A stretch of 64,000 bases of DNA, taken from positions 91,884,001 through 91,948,000 of the forward strand of contig OZ024745.1 in the NCBI GenBank assembly GCA_964016885.1, in the 5' to 3' direction. The DNA is from Eledone cirrhosa (lineage: Eukaryota). Under the pieces are notes generated by a model, which worked only from the letters and a program-made list of their open reading frames with translations, was not told the origin of the DNA and searched no databases. This document shows, in pieces, positions 28,301 to 42,900 of the stretch. A program made the position numbers and the translations under genes. How positions within the stretch are numbered: the first letter of the stretch is position 1; each line of letters starts with the position of its first letter.

Positions 28301-31300
28301 AGATACAGTAAGTTATATTACTCTGTCTGAGTATCAAACAGCTCCACTAGATACAGTAAGTTATATTACTCTGTCTGAGTATCAAACAGCTCCAGTAGAT
28401 ACAGTAAGTTATATTACTCTGCCTGAGTATCAAACAGCTCCACTAGATAAACTAAGTTATATTACTCTGTCTGAGTATCAAACAGCTCCACTAGATAAAC
28501 TAAGTTATATTACTCTGCCTGAGTATCATACAGCTCCACTAGATACAGTAAGTTATATTACTCTGTCTGAGTATCAAACAGCTCCACTAGATACAGTAAG
28601 TTATATTACTCTGCCTGAGTATCAAACAGCTCCACTTGATACAGTAAGTTATATTACTCTGTCTGATTATCAAACAGCTCCCCCAGATACAGTAAGTTAT
28701 TTTACTCTGCCTGAGTATCAAACAGCTCCACTAGATACAGTAAGTTATATTATTCTGTCTGAGTATCAAACAGCTCCACTAGATACAGTAAGTTATATTA
28801 CTCTGTCTGAGTATCAAACAGCTCCACTAAATACAGTAAGTTATATTACTCTGTCTGCGTATCAAACAGCTCCACTAGATACAGTAAGTTATATTACTCT
28901 GTCTGAGTATCAAACAGCTCCACTAGATAAAGTAAGTTATATTACTCTGCCTGAGTATCAAACAGCTCCACTAGATACTGTAAGTTATATTACTCTGTCT
29001 GCGTATCAAACAGCTCCACTAGATACAGTAAGTTATATTACTCTGCCTGAGTATCAAACAGCTCCACTAGATAAAGTAAGTTATATTACTCTGCCTGAGT
29101 ATCAAACAGCTCCACTAGATAAAGTAAGTTATATTACTCTGCCTGAGTATCAAACAGCTCCACTAGATACAGTAAGTTATATTACTCTGCCTGAGTATGA
29201 AACAGCTCCACTAGATACAGTAAGTTATATTACTCTGTCTGAGTATCAAACAGCTCCACTAGATACAGTAAGTTATATTACTCTGCCTGAGTATCAAACA
29301 GCTCCACTAGATACAGTAAGTTATGTTACTCTGTCTGAGTATCAAACAGCTCCACTAAATACAGTAAGTTATATTACTCTGTCTGCGTATCAAACAGCTC
29401 CACTAGATACAGTAAGTTATACTACTCTGCCTGAGTATCAAACAGCTCCACTAGATACAGTAAGTTATATTATTCTGTCTGAGTATCAAACAGCTCCACT
29501 AGATACAGTAAGTTATATTACTCTGTCTGAGTATCAAACAGCTCCACTAGATACAGTAAGTTATATTACTCTGCCTCAGTATCAAACAGCTCCACTAGAT
29601 ACAGTAAGTTATATTACTCAGCCTGAGTATCAAACAGCTCCACTAGATACAGTAAGTTATATTACTCTGTCTGAGTATCAAACAGCTCCACTATATACAG
29701 TAGGTTATATTACTCTGCCTGAGTATCAAACAGCTCCCCTAGATACAGTAGGTTATATTACTCTGTCTGAGTATCAAACAGCTCCACTAGATACAGTAAG
29801 TTATATTACTCTGCCTGAGTATCAACCAGCTCCAATAGATACAGTAAGTTATATTACTCTGCCTGAGTATCAAACAGCTCCACTAGATACAGTAAGTTAT
29901 ATTACTCTGCCTGAGTATCAAGCAGCTCCACTAGATACAGTAAGTTATATTACTCTGTCTGAGTATCAAACAGCTCCACTAGATACAGTAAGTTTTATTA
30001 CTCTGCCTGAGTATCAAACAGCTCCACTAGATACAGTAAGTTATATTATTCTGTCTGAGTATCAAACAGCTCCACTAGATAAAGTAAGTTATATTACTCT
30101 GCCTGAGTATCAAACAGCTCCACTAGATAAAGTAAGTTATATTACTCTGCCTGAGTATCAAACAGCTCCACTAGATAAAGTAAGTTATATTACTCTGCCT
30201 GAGTATCAAACAGCTCCACTAGATAAAGTAAGTTATATTACTCTGCCTGAGTATCAAACAGCTCCACTAGATACAGTAAGTTATATTACTCTGCCTGAGT
30301 ATCAAACAGCTCCACTAGATACAGTAAGTTATATTACTCTGTCTGATTATCAAACAGCTCCACTAGATACAGTAAGTTATATTACTCTGCCTGAGTATCA
30401 AACAGCTCCCCCAGATACAGTAAGTTATATTACTCTGCCTGAGTATCAAACAGCTCCACTAGATACTGGAAGTTATATTACTCTGTCTGCGTATCAAACA
30501 GCTCCACTAGATACAGTAAGTTATATTACTCTGCCTGAGTATCAAACAGCTCCACTAGATACAGTAAGTTATATTACTCTGCTTGAGTATCAAACAGCTC
30601 CACTAGATACAGTAGGTTATATTACTCTGCCTGAGTATCAAACAGCTCCCCTAGATACAGTAGGTTATATTACTCTGTCTGAGTATCAAACAGCTCCACT
30701 AGATACAGTAAGTTATATTACTCTGCCTGAGTATCAAACAGCTCCACTAGATACAGTAAGTTATATTACTCTGCCTGAGTATCAAACAGCTCCACTAGAT
30801 ACAGTAAGTTATATTACTCTGCCTGAGTATCAAGCAGCTCCACTAGATACAGTAAGTTATATTACTCTGTCTGAGTATCAAACAGCTCCACTAGATACAG
30901 TAAGTTATATTCCTCTGCCTGAGTATCAAACAGCTCCCCTAGATACAGTAAGTTATATTACTCTGTCTGAGTATCAAACAGCTCCACTAGATACAGTAAG
31001 TTATATTACTCTGTCTGAGTATCAAACAACTCCACTAGATACAGTAAGTTATATTACTCTGCCTGAGTATCAAACAGCTCCACTAGATAAACTAAGTTAT
31101 ATTACTCTGTCTGAGTATCAAACAGCTCCACTAGATAAACTAAGTTATATTACTCTACCTGAGTATCATACAGCTCCACTAGATACAGTAAGTTATATTC
31201 CTCTGCCTGAGTATCAAACAGCTCCCCTAGATACTGTAAGTTATATTACTCTGTCTGCGTATCAAACAGCTCCACTATATACAGTAAGTTATATTACTCT

Positions 31301-33878
31301 GTCTGAGTATCAAACAGCTCCACTAGATACAGTAAGTTATATTACTCTGCCTGAGTATCAAACAGCTCCACTAGATAAACTAAGTTATATTACTCTGTCT
31401 GAGTATCAAACAGCTCCACTAGATACAGTAAGTTATATTACTCTGCCTGAGTATCAAACAGCTCCACTAGATAAACTAAGTTATATTACTCTGCCTGAGT
31501 ATCATACAGCTCCACTAGATACAGTAAGTTATATTACTCTGTCTGAGTATCAAACAGCTCCACTAGATACAGTAAGTTATATTACTCTGCCTGAGTATCA
31601 AACAGCTCCACTTGATACAGTAAGTTATATTACTCTGTCTGATTATCAAACAGCTCCCCCAGATACAGTAAGTTATATTACTCTGCCTGAGTATCAAACA
31701 GCTCCACTAGATACAGTAAGTTATATTACTCTGTCTGATTATCAAACAGCTCCACTAGATACAGTAAGTTATATTACTCTGCCTGAGTATCAAACAGCTG
31801 CCCCAGATACAGTAAGTTATATTACTCTGCCTGAGTATCAAACAGCTCCACTAGATACTGGAAGTTATATTACTCTGTCTGCGTATCAAACAGCTCCACT
31901 AGATACAGTAAGTTATATTACTCTGCCTGAGTATCAAACAGCTCCACTAGATACAGTAAGTTATATTACTCTGCTTGAGTATCAAACAGCTCCACTAGAT
32001 ACAGTAGGTTATATTACTCTGCCTGAGTATCAAACAGCTCCCCTAGATACAGTAGGTTATATTACTCTGTCTGAGTATCAAACAGCTCCACTAGATACAG
32101 TAAGTTATATTACTCTGCCTGAGTATCAAACAGCTCCACTAGATACAGTAAGTTATATTACTCTGCCTGAGTATCAAACAGCTCCACTAGATACAGTAAG
32201 TTATATTACTCTGCCTGAGTATCAAACAGCTCCACTAGATACAGTAAGTTATATTACTCTGTCTGAGTATCAAACAGCTCCACTAGATACAGTAAGTTAT
32301 ATTCCTCTGCCTGAGTATCAAACAGCTCCCCTAGATACAGTAAGTTATATTACTCTGTCTGAGTATCAAACAGCTCCACTAGATACAGTAAGTTATATTA
32401 CTCTGTCTGAGTATCAAACAACTCCACTAGATACAGTAAGTTATATTACTCTGCCTGAGTATCAAACAGCTCCACTAGATAAACTAAGTTATATTACTCT
32501 GTCTGAGTATCAAACAGCTCCACTAGATAAACTAAGTTATATTACTCTGCCTGAGTATCATACAGCTCCACTAGATACAGTAAGTTATATTCCTCTGCCT
32601 GAGTATCAAACAGCTCCCCTAGATACTGTAAGTTATATTACTCTGTCTGCGTATCAAACAGCTCCACTATATACAGTAAGTTATATTACTCTGTCTGAGT
32701 ATCAAACAGCTCCACTAGATACAGTAAGTTATATTACTCTGCCTGAGTATCAAACAGCTCCACTAGATAAACTAAGTTATATTACTCTGTCTGAGTATCA
32801 AACAGCTCCACTAGATACAGTAAGTTATATTACTCTGCCTGAGTATCAAACAGCTCCACTAGATAAACTAAGTTATATTACTCTGCCTGAGTATCATACA
32901 GCTCCACTAGATACAGTAAGTTATATTACTCTGTCTGAGTATCAAACAGCTCCACTAGATACAGTAAGTTATATTACTCTGCCTGAGTATCAAACAGCTC
33001 CACTTGATACAGTAAGTTATATTACTCTGTCTGATTATCAAACAGCTCCCCCAGATACAGTAAGTTATTTTACTCTGCCTGAGTATCAAACAGCTCCACT
33101 AGATACAGTAAGTTATATTATTCTGTCTGAGTATCAAACAGCTCCACTAGATACAGTAAGTTATATTACTCTGTCTGAGTATCAAACAGCTCCACTAAAT
33201 ACAGTAAGTTATATTACTCTGTCTGCGTATCAAACAGCTCCACTAGATACAGTAAGTTATATTACTCTGTCTGAGTATCAAACAGCTCCACTAGATAAAG
33301 TAAGTTATATTACTCTGCCTGAGTATCAAACAGCTCCACTAGATACTGTAAGTTATATTACTCTGTCTGCGTATCAAACAGCTCCACTAGATACAGTAAG
33401 TTATATTACTCTGCCTGAGTATCAAACAGCTCCACTAGATAAAGTAAGTTATATTACTCTGCCTGAGTATCAAACAGCTCCACTAGATAAAGTAAGTTAT
33501 ATTACTCTGCCTGAGTATCAAACAGCTCCACTAGATACAGTGAGTTATATTACTCTGCCTGAGTATGAAACAGCTCCACTAGATACAGTAAGTTATATTA
33601 CTCTGTCTGATTATCAAACAGCTCCACTAGATACAGTAAGTTATATTACTCTGCCTGAGTATCAAACAGCTCCCCCAGATACAGTAAGTTATATTACTCT
33701 GCCTGAGTATCAAACAGCTCCACTAGATACAGTAAGTTATATTATTCTGTCTGAGTATCAAACAGCTCCACTAGATACAGTAAGTTATATTACTCTGTCT
33801 GAGTATCAAACAGCTCCACTAGATACAGTAAGTTATATTACTCTGCCTCAGTATCAAACAGCTCCACTAGATACATAG
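19074..33878 (+). other. Second long stop-free frame of the repeat (14.8 kb); probably not a gene
   Basis: Open from just after the TAA at 19071-19073 to a TAG created by the 2-bp deletion at ~33876. The track's start at 20553 is a one-off GAG>GTG variant. Confidence refers to it being translated. Confidence 0.08.
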
Positions 33879-36800
33879 TTATATTACTCTGCCTGAGTAT
33901 CAAACAGCTCCACTAGATACAGTAAGTTATATTACTCTGTCTGAGTATCAAACAGCTCCACTATATACAGTAGGTTATATTACTCTGCCTGAGTATCAAA
34001 CAGCTCCCCTAGATACAGTAAGTTATATTACTCTGTCTGAGTATCAAACAGCTCCCCTAGATACAGTAAGTTATATTACTCTGTCTGAGTATCAAACCGC
34101 TCCACTAGATAAAGTAAGTTATATTACTCTGCCTGAGTATCAAACAGCTCCACTAGATAAAGTAAGTTATATTACTCTGCCTGAGTATCAAACAGCTCCA
34201 CTAGATACAGTAAGTTATATTACTCTGCCTGAGTATCAAACAGCTCCACTAGATACAGTAAGTTATATTACTCTGCCTGAGTATCAAACAGCTCCACTAG
34301 ATAAAGTAAGTTATATTACTCTGCCTGAGTATCAAAAAGCTCCACTAGATAAAGTAAGTTATATTACTCTGCCTGAGTATCAAACAGCTCCACTAGATAC
34401 AGTAAGTTATATTACTCTGCCTGAGTATCAAACAGCTCCACTAGATAAAGTAAGTTATATTACTCTGCCTGAGTATCAAACAGCTCCACTAGATAAAGTA
34501 AGTTATATTACTCTGCCTGAGTATCAAACAGCTCCACTAGATACAGTAAGTTATATTACTCTGCCTGAGTATCAAACACCTCCACTAGATACAGTAAGTT
34601 ATATTACTCTGTCTGATTATCAAACAGCTCCACTAGATACAGTAAGTTATATTACTCTGCCTGAGTATCAAACAGCTCCCCCAGATACAGTAAGTTATGT
34701 TACTCTGCCTGAGTATCAAACAGCTCCACTAGATACAGTAAGTTATATTATTCTGTCTGAGTATCAAACAGCTCCACTAGATACAGTAAGTTATATTACT
34801 CTGCCTGAGTATCAAACAGCTCCACTAGATACAGTAAGTTATATTACTCTGCTTGAGTATCAAACAGCTCCACTAGATACAGTAGGTTATATTACTCTGC
34901 CTGAGTATCAAACAGCTCCCCTAGATACAGTAGGTTATATTACTCTGTCTGAGTATCAAACAGCTCCACTAGATACAGTAAGTTATATTACTCTGCCTGA
35001 GTATCAAACAGCTCCACTAGATACAGTAAGTTATATTACTCTGCCTGAGTATCAAACAGCTCCACTAGATACAGTAAGTTATATTACTCTGCCTGAGTAT
35101 CAAGCAGCTCCACTAGATACAGTAAGTTATATTACTCTGTCTGAGTATCAAACAGCTCCACTAGATACAGTAAGTTATATTCCTCTGCCTGAGTATCAAA
35201 CAGCTCCCCTAGATACAGTAAGTTATATTACTCTGTCTGAGTATCAAACAGCTCCACTAGATACAGTAAGTTATATTACTCTGCCTGAGTATCAAACAGC
35301 TCCACTAGATACAGTAAGTTATATTACTCTGTCTGAGTATCAAACAGCTCCACTAGATACAGTAAGTTATATTACTCTGTCTGAGTATCAAACAGCTCCA
35401 CTAGATACAGTAAGTTATATTACTCTGTCTGAGTATCAAACAGCTCCACTAGATACAGTGTTATATTACTCTGTCTGAGTATCAAACAGCTCCACTAGAT
35501 ACAGTGTTATATTACTCTGTCTGAGTATCAAACAGCTCCACTAGATACAGTAAGTTATATTACTCTGTCTGCGTATCAAACAGCTCCACTAGATACAGTA
35601 AGTTATATTACAGTGTCTGAGTATCAAACAGCTCCACTAGATACAGTAAGTTATATTACTCTGCCTGAGTATCAAACAGCTCCACTAGATAAAGTAAGTT
35701 ATATTACTCTGCCTGAGTATCAAACAGCTCCACTAGATACAGTAACTTATATTACTCTGTCTGAGTATCAAACAGCTCCCCTAGATACAGTAACTTATAT
35801 TACTCTGTCTGAGTATCAAACAGCTCCACTAGATACAGTAAGTTATATTACTCTGCCTGAGTATCAAACAGCTCCACTAGATACAGTAAGTTATATTACT
35901 CTGTCTGAGTATCAAACAGCTCCACTAGATACAGTAAGTTATATTACTCTGTCTGAGTATCAAACAGCTCCACTAGATACAGTAAGTTATATTACTCTGC
36001 CTGAGTATCAAACAGCTCCACTAGATACAGTAACTTATATTACTCTGTCTGAGTATCAAACAGCTCCACTAGATACAGTAAGTTATATTACTCCGTCTGA
36101 GTATCAAATAGCTCCACTAGATACAGTAAGTTATATTCCTCTGTCTGAGTATCAAACAGCTCCCCTAGATACAGTAAGTTATATTCCTCTGCCTGAGTAT
36201 CAAACAGCTCCCCTAGATACAGTAAGTAATATTACTCTGCCTGAGTATCAAACAGCTCCACTAGATACAGTAAGTTATATTACTCTGTCTGAGTATCAAA
36301 CAGCTCCACTAGATACAGTAAGTTATATTACTCTGTCTGAGTATCAAACAGCTCCACTAGATACAGTAAGTTATATTACTCTGCCTGAGTATCAAACAGC
36401 TCCACTAGATACAGTAAGTTATATTACTCTGCCTGAGTATCAAATAGCTCCACTAGATACAGTAAGTTATATTACTCTGTCTGAGTATCAAACAGCTCCA
36501 CTAGATACAGTAACTTATATTACTCTGTCTGAGTATCAAACAGCTCCACTAGATACAGTAAGTTATATTACTCTGCCTGAGTATCAAACAGCTCCACTAG
36601 ATACAGTAAGTTATATTACTCTGTCTGAGTATCAAACAGCTCCACTAGATACAGTAAGTTATATTACTCTGTCTGAGTATCAAACAGCTCCACTAGATAC
36701 TGTAAGTTATATTACTCTGTCTGCGTATCAAACAGCTCCACTATATACAGTAAGTTATATTACTCTGTCTGAGTATCAAACAGCTCCACTAGATACAGTA

Positions 36801-36950
36801 AGTTATATTACTCTGCCTGAGTATCAAACAGCTCCACTAGATAAACTAAGTTATATTACTCTGCCTGAGTATCAAACAGCTCCACTAGATACAGTAAGTT
36901 ATATTACTCTGTCTGAGCATCAAACAGCTCCACTAGATACAGTAAGTTAT
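33875..36950. repeat. Junction zone between the two sub-arrays, with private variants and three 2-bp deletions
   Basis: Deletions at ~33876 (ACAGTAAGTT>ACATAGTT), ~35459 and ~35505 (GTAAGT>GTGT). Variants seen only here include GTAACT (~35742, 35790, 36030, 36510), CAAATA (~36105, 36441), CAAAAA (~34333), CCGTCT (~36093), AGTAAT (~36225) and GAGCAT (~36915). Confidence 0.8.
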
Positions 36951-39900
36951 ATTACTCTGCCTGAGTATCAAACAGCTCCACTTGATACAGTAAGTTATAT
37001 TACTCTGTCTGATTATCAAACAGCTCCCCCAGATACAGTAAGTTATTTTACTCTGCCTGAGTATCAAACAGCTCCACTAGATACAGTAAGTTATATTATT
37101 CTGTCTGAGTATCAAACAGCTCCACTAGATACAGTAAGTTATATTACTCTGTCTGAGTATCAAACAGCTCCACTAAATACAGTAAGTTATATTACTCTGT
37201 CTGCGTATCAAACAGCTCCACTAGATACAGTAAGTTATATTACTCTGTCTGAGTATCAAACAGCTCCACTAGATAAAGTAAGTTATATTACTCTGCCTGA
37301 GTATTAAACAGCTCCACTAGATACTGTAAGTTATATTACTCTGTCTGCGTATCAAACAGCTCCACTAGATACAGTAAGTTATATTACTCTGTCTGAGTAT
37401 CAAACCGCTCCACTAGATACAGTAAGTTATATTACTCTGCCTGAGTATCAAACAGCTCCACTAGATACAGTAAGTTATATTACTCTGTCTGATTATCAAA
37501 CAGCTCCACTAGATACAGTAAGTTATATTACTCTGCCTGAGTATCAAACAGCTCCCCCAGATACAGTAAGTTATATTACTCTGCCTGAGTATCAAACAGC
37601 TCCACTAGATACAGTAAGTTATATTATTCTGTCTGAGTATCAAACAGCTCCACTAGATACAGTAAGTTATATTACTCTGTCTGAGTATCAAACAGCTCCA
37701 CTAGATACAGTAAGTTATATTACTCTGCCTCAGTATCAAACAGCTCCACTAGATACAGTAAGTTATATTACTCAGCCTGAGTATCAAACAGCTCCACTAG
37801 ATACAGTAAGTTATATTACTCTGTCTGAGTATCAAACAGCTCCACTATATACAGTAGGTTATATTACTCTGCCTGAGTATCAAACAGCTCCCCTAGATAC
37901 AGTAGGTTATATTACTCTGTCTGAGTATCAAACAGCTCCACTAGATACAGTAAGTTATATTACTCTGCCTGAGTATCAAACAGCTCCACTAGATACAGTA
38001 AGTTATATTACTCTGCCTGAGTATCAAACAGCTCCACTAGATACAGTAAGTTATATTACTCTGCCTGAGTATCAAGCAGCTCCACTAGATACAGTAAGTT
38101 ATATTACTCTGTCTGAGTATCAAACAGCTCCACTAGATACAGTAAGTTTTATTACTCTGCCTGAGTATCAAACAGCTCCACTAGATACAGTAAGTTATAT
38201 TACTCTGCCTGAATATCAAACAGCTCCACTAGAGACAGTAAGTTATATTACTCTGCCTGAGTATCAAACAGCTCCACTAGATAAACTAAGTTATATTACT
38301 CTGCCTGAGTATCAAACAGCTCCACTAGATACAGTAAGTTATATTACTCTGTCTGAGTATCAAACAGCTCCACTAGATACAGTAAGTTATATTACTCTGC
38401 CTGAGTATCAAGCAGCTCCACTAGATACAGTAAGTTATATTACTCTGTCTGATTATCAAACAGCTCCACTAGATACAGTAAGTTATATTACTCTGTCTGA
38501 GTATCAAACAGCTCCACTAGATACAGTAAGTTATATTACTCTGCCTGAGTATCAAACAGCTCCACTAGATACAGTAAGTTATATTACTCTGTCTGAGTAT
38601 CAAACACCTCCACTAAATACAGTAAGTTATATTACTCTGTCTGCGTATCAAACAGCTCCACTAGATACAGTAAGTTATATTACTCTGTCTGAGTATCTAA
38701 CAGCTCCACTAGATAAAGTAAGTTATATTACTCTGCCTGAGTATCAAACAGCTCCACTAGATACTGTAAGTTATATTACTCTGTCTGCGTATCAAACAGC
38801 TCCACTAGATACAGTAAGTTATATTACTCTGTCTGAGTATCAAACCGCTCCACTAGATACAGTAAGTTATATTACTGTGCCTGAGTATCAAACAGCTCCA
38901 CTAGATAAAGTAAGTTATATTACTCTGCCTGAGTATCAAACAGCTCCACTAGATAAAGTAAGTTATATTACTCTGCCTGAGTATCAAACAGCTCCACTAG
39001 ATACAGTAAGTTATATTACTCTGCCTGAGTATCAAACAGCTCCACTAGATACAGTAAGTTATATTACTCTGTCTGATTATCAAACAGCTCCACTAGATAC
39101 AGTAAGTTATATTACTCTGCCTGAGTATCAAACAGCTCCCCCAGATACAGTAAGTTGTATTACTCTGCCTGAGTATCAAACAGCTCCACTAGATACAGTA
39201 AGTTATGTTATTCTGTCTGAGTATCAAACAGCTCCACTAGATACAGTAAGTTATATTACTCTGTCTGAGTATCAAACAGCTCCACTAGATACAGTAAGTT
39301 ATATTACTCTGCCTGAGTATCAAACAGCTCCACTAGATACAGTAAGTTATATTACTCTGCCTGAGTATCAAACAGCTCCACTAGATACAGTAAGTTATAT
39401 TACTCTGTCTGAGTATCAAACAGCTCCACTAGATACAGTAGGTTATATTACTCTGCCTGAGTATCAAACAGCTCCCCTAGATACAGTAGGTTATATTACT
39501 CTGTCTGAGTATCAAACAGCTCCACTAGATACAGTAATTATATTACTCTGTCTGAGTATCAAACATCTCCACTAGATACAGTAAGTTATATTACTCTGCC
39601 TGAGTTTCAAACAGCTCCACTAGATACAGTAAGTTATATTACTCTGCCTGAGTATCAAGCAGCTCCACTAGATACAGTAAGTTATATTACTCTGTCTGAG
39701 TATCAAACAGCTCCACTAGATACAGTAAGTTTTATTACTCTGCCTGAGTATCAAACAGCTCCACTAGATACAGTAAGTTATATTACTCTGCCTGAGTATC
39801 AAACAGCTCCACTAGATACAGTAAGTTATATTACTCTGCCTGAGTATCAAACAGCTCCACTAGATACAGTAAGTTATATTACTCTGCCTGAGTATCAAGC

Positions 39901-42900
39901 AGCTCCACTAGATACAGTAAGTTATATTACTCTGTCTGAGTATCAAACAGCTCCACTAGATACAGTAAGTTTTATTACTCTGCCTGAGTATCAAACAGCT
40001 CCACTAGATACAGTAAGTTATATTACTCTGCCTGAATATCAAACAGCTCCACTAGAGACAGTAAGTTATATTACTCTGTCTGAGTATCAAACAGCTCCAC
40101 TAGATACAGTAAGTTATATTACTCTGTCTGAGTATCAAACAGCTCCACTAGATACTGTAAGTTATATTACTCTGTCTGCATATCAAACAGCTCCACTATA
40201 TACAGTAAGTTATATTCCTCTGTCTGAGTATCAAACAGCTCCACTAGATACAGTAAGTTATATTACTCTGCCTGAGTATCAAACAGCTCCACTAGATAAA
40301 CTAAGTTATATTACTCTGCCTGAGTATCAAACAGCTCCACTAGATACAGTAAGTTATATTACTCTGTCTGAGTATCAAACAGCTCCACTAGATACAGTAA
40401 GTTATATTACTCTGCCTGAGTATCAAACAGCTCCACTTGATACAGTAAGTTATATTACTCTGTCTGATTATCAAACAGCTCCCCCAGATACAGTAAGTTA
40501 TTTTACTCTGCCTGAGTATCAAACAGCTCCACTAGATACAGTAAGTTATATTATTCTGTCTGAGTATCAAACAGCTCCACTAGATACAGTAAGTTATATT
40601 ACTCTGTCTGAGTATCAAACAGCTCCACTAAATACAGTAAGTTATATTACTCTGTCTGCGTATCAAACAGCTCCACTAGATACAGTAAATTATATTACTC
40701 TGTCTGAGTATCAAACAGCTCCACTAGATAAAGTAAGTTATATTACTCTGCCTGAGTATTAAACAGCTCCACTAGATACTGTAAGTTATATTACTCTGTC
40801 TGCGTATCAAACAGCTCCACTAGATACAGTAAGTTATATTACTCTGTCTGAGTATCAAACCGCTCCACTAGATACAGTAAGTTATATTACTCTGCCTGAG
40901 TATCAAACAGCTCCACTAGATACAGTAAGTTATATTACTCTGTCTGATTATCAAACAGCTCCACTAGATACAGTAAGTTATATTACTCTGCCTGAGTATC
41001 AAACAGCTCCCCCAGATACAGTAAGTTATATTACTCTGCCTGAGTATCAAACAGCTCCACTAGATACAGTAAGTTATATTATTCTGTCTGAGTATCAAAC
41101 AGCTCCACTAGATACAGTAAGTTATATTACTCTGTCTGAGTATCAAACAGCTCCACTAGATACAGTAAGTTATATTACTCTGCCTCAGTATCAAACAGCT
41201 CCACTAGATACAGTAAGTTATATTACTCAGCCTGAGTATCAAACAGCTCCACTAGATACAGTAAGTTATATTACTCTGTCTGAGTATCAAACAGCTCCAC
41301 TATATACAGTAGGTTATATTACTCTGCCTGAGTATCAAACAGCTCCCCTAGATACAGTAGGTTATATTACTCTGCCTGAGTATCAAACAGCTCCACTAGA
41401 TACAGTAAGTTATATTACTCTGCCTGAGTATCAAACAGCTCCACTAGATACAGTAAGTTATATTACTCTGCCTGAGTATCAAACAGCTCCACTAGATACA
41501 GTAAGTTATATTACTCTGCCTGAGTATCAAGCAGCTCCACTAGATACAGTAAGTTATATTACTCTGTCTGAGTATCAAACAGCTCCACTAGATACAGTAA
41601 GTTTTATTACTCTGCCTGAGTATCAAACAGCTCCACTAGATACAGTAAGTTATATTACTCTGCCTGAATATCAAACAGCTCCACTAGAGACAGTAATTTA
41701 TATTACTCTGCCTGAGTATCAAACAGCTCCACTAGATAAACTAAGTTATATTACTCTGCCTGAGTATCAAACAGCTCCACTAGATACAGTAAGTTATATT
41801 ACTCTGTCTGAGTATCAAACAGCTCCACTAGATAAAGTAAGTTATATTACTCTGCCTGAGTATCAAGCAGCTCCACTAGATACAGTAAGTTATATTACTC
41901 TGTCTGATTATCAAACAGCTCCACTAGATACAGTAGGTTATATTACTCTGTCTGAGTATCAAACAGCTCCACTAGATACAGTAAGTTATATTACTCTGCC
42001 TGAGTATCAAACAGCTCCACTAGATACAGTAAGTTATATTACTCTGTCTGAGTATCAAACACCTCCACTAAATACAGTAAGTTATATTACTCTGTCTGCG
42101 TATCAAACAGCTCCACTAGATACAGTAAGTTATATTACTCTGTCTGAGTATCAAACAGCTCCACTAGATAAAGTAAGTTATATTACTCTGCCTGAGTATC
42201 AAACAGCTCCACTAAATACTGTAAGTTATATTACTCTGTCTGCGTATCAAACAGCTCCACTAGATACAGTAAGTTATATTACTCTGTCTGAGTATCAAAC
42301 TGCTCCACTAGATACAGTAAGTTATATTACTGTGCCTGAGTATCAAACAGCTCCACTAGATAAAGTAAGTTATATTACTCTGCCTGAGTATCAAACAGCT
42401 CCACTAGATAAAGTAAGTTATATTACTCTGCCTGAGTATCAAACAGCTCCACTAGATACAGTAAGTTATATTACTCTGCCTGAGTATCAAACAGCTCCAC
42501 TAGATACAGTAAGTTATATTACTCTGTCTGATTATCAAACAGCTCCACTAGATACAGTAAGTTATATTACTCTGCCTGAGTATCAAACAGCTCCCCCAGA
42601 TACAGTAAGTTGTATTACTCTGCCTGAGTATCAAACAGCTCCACTAGATACAGTAAGTTATGTTATTCTGTCTGAGTATCAAACAGCTCCACTAGATACA
42701 GTAAGTTATATTACTCTGTCTGAGTATCAAACAGCTCCACTAGATACAGTAAGTTATATTACTCTGCCTGAGTATCAAACAGCTCCACTAGATACAGTAA
42801 GTTATATTACTCTGCCTGAGTATCAAACAGCTCCACTAGATACAGTAAGTTATATTACTCTGCCTGAGTATCAAGCAGCTCCACTAGATACAGTAAGTTA

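Larger units (their letters stand above)
1..33874. repeat. Left sub-array: indel-free 48-bp register with irregular higher-order duplications
   Basis: Monomer starts stay at 1 mod 48 up to ~33,875. The marker monomer CAACCAGCTCCAATAGAT starts at 1, 4033, 7585, 11905, 16897, 21745, 27265 and 29809 (spacings 84, 74, 90, 104, 101, 115, 53 monomers) and was not seen further right. Confidence 0.9.

Noticed and set aside
33875-35510. Three 2-bp deletions summing to -6 as compensatory frame restoration
   Set aside because: The first deletion creates an immediate TAG and the intervening 1.6 kb is out of frame with stops in each monomer. Two of the deletions are adjacent copies of one event, so the restoration is coincidental.
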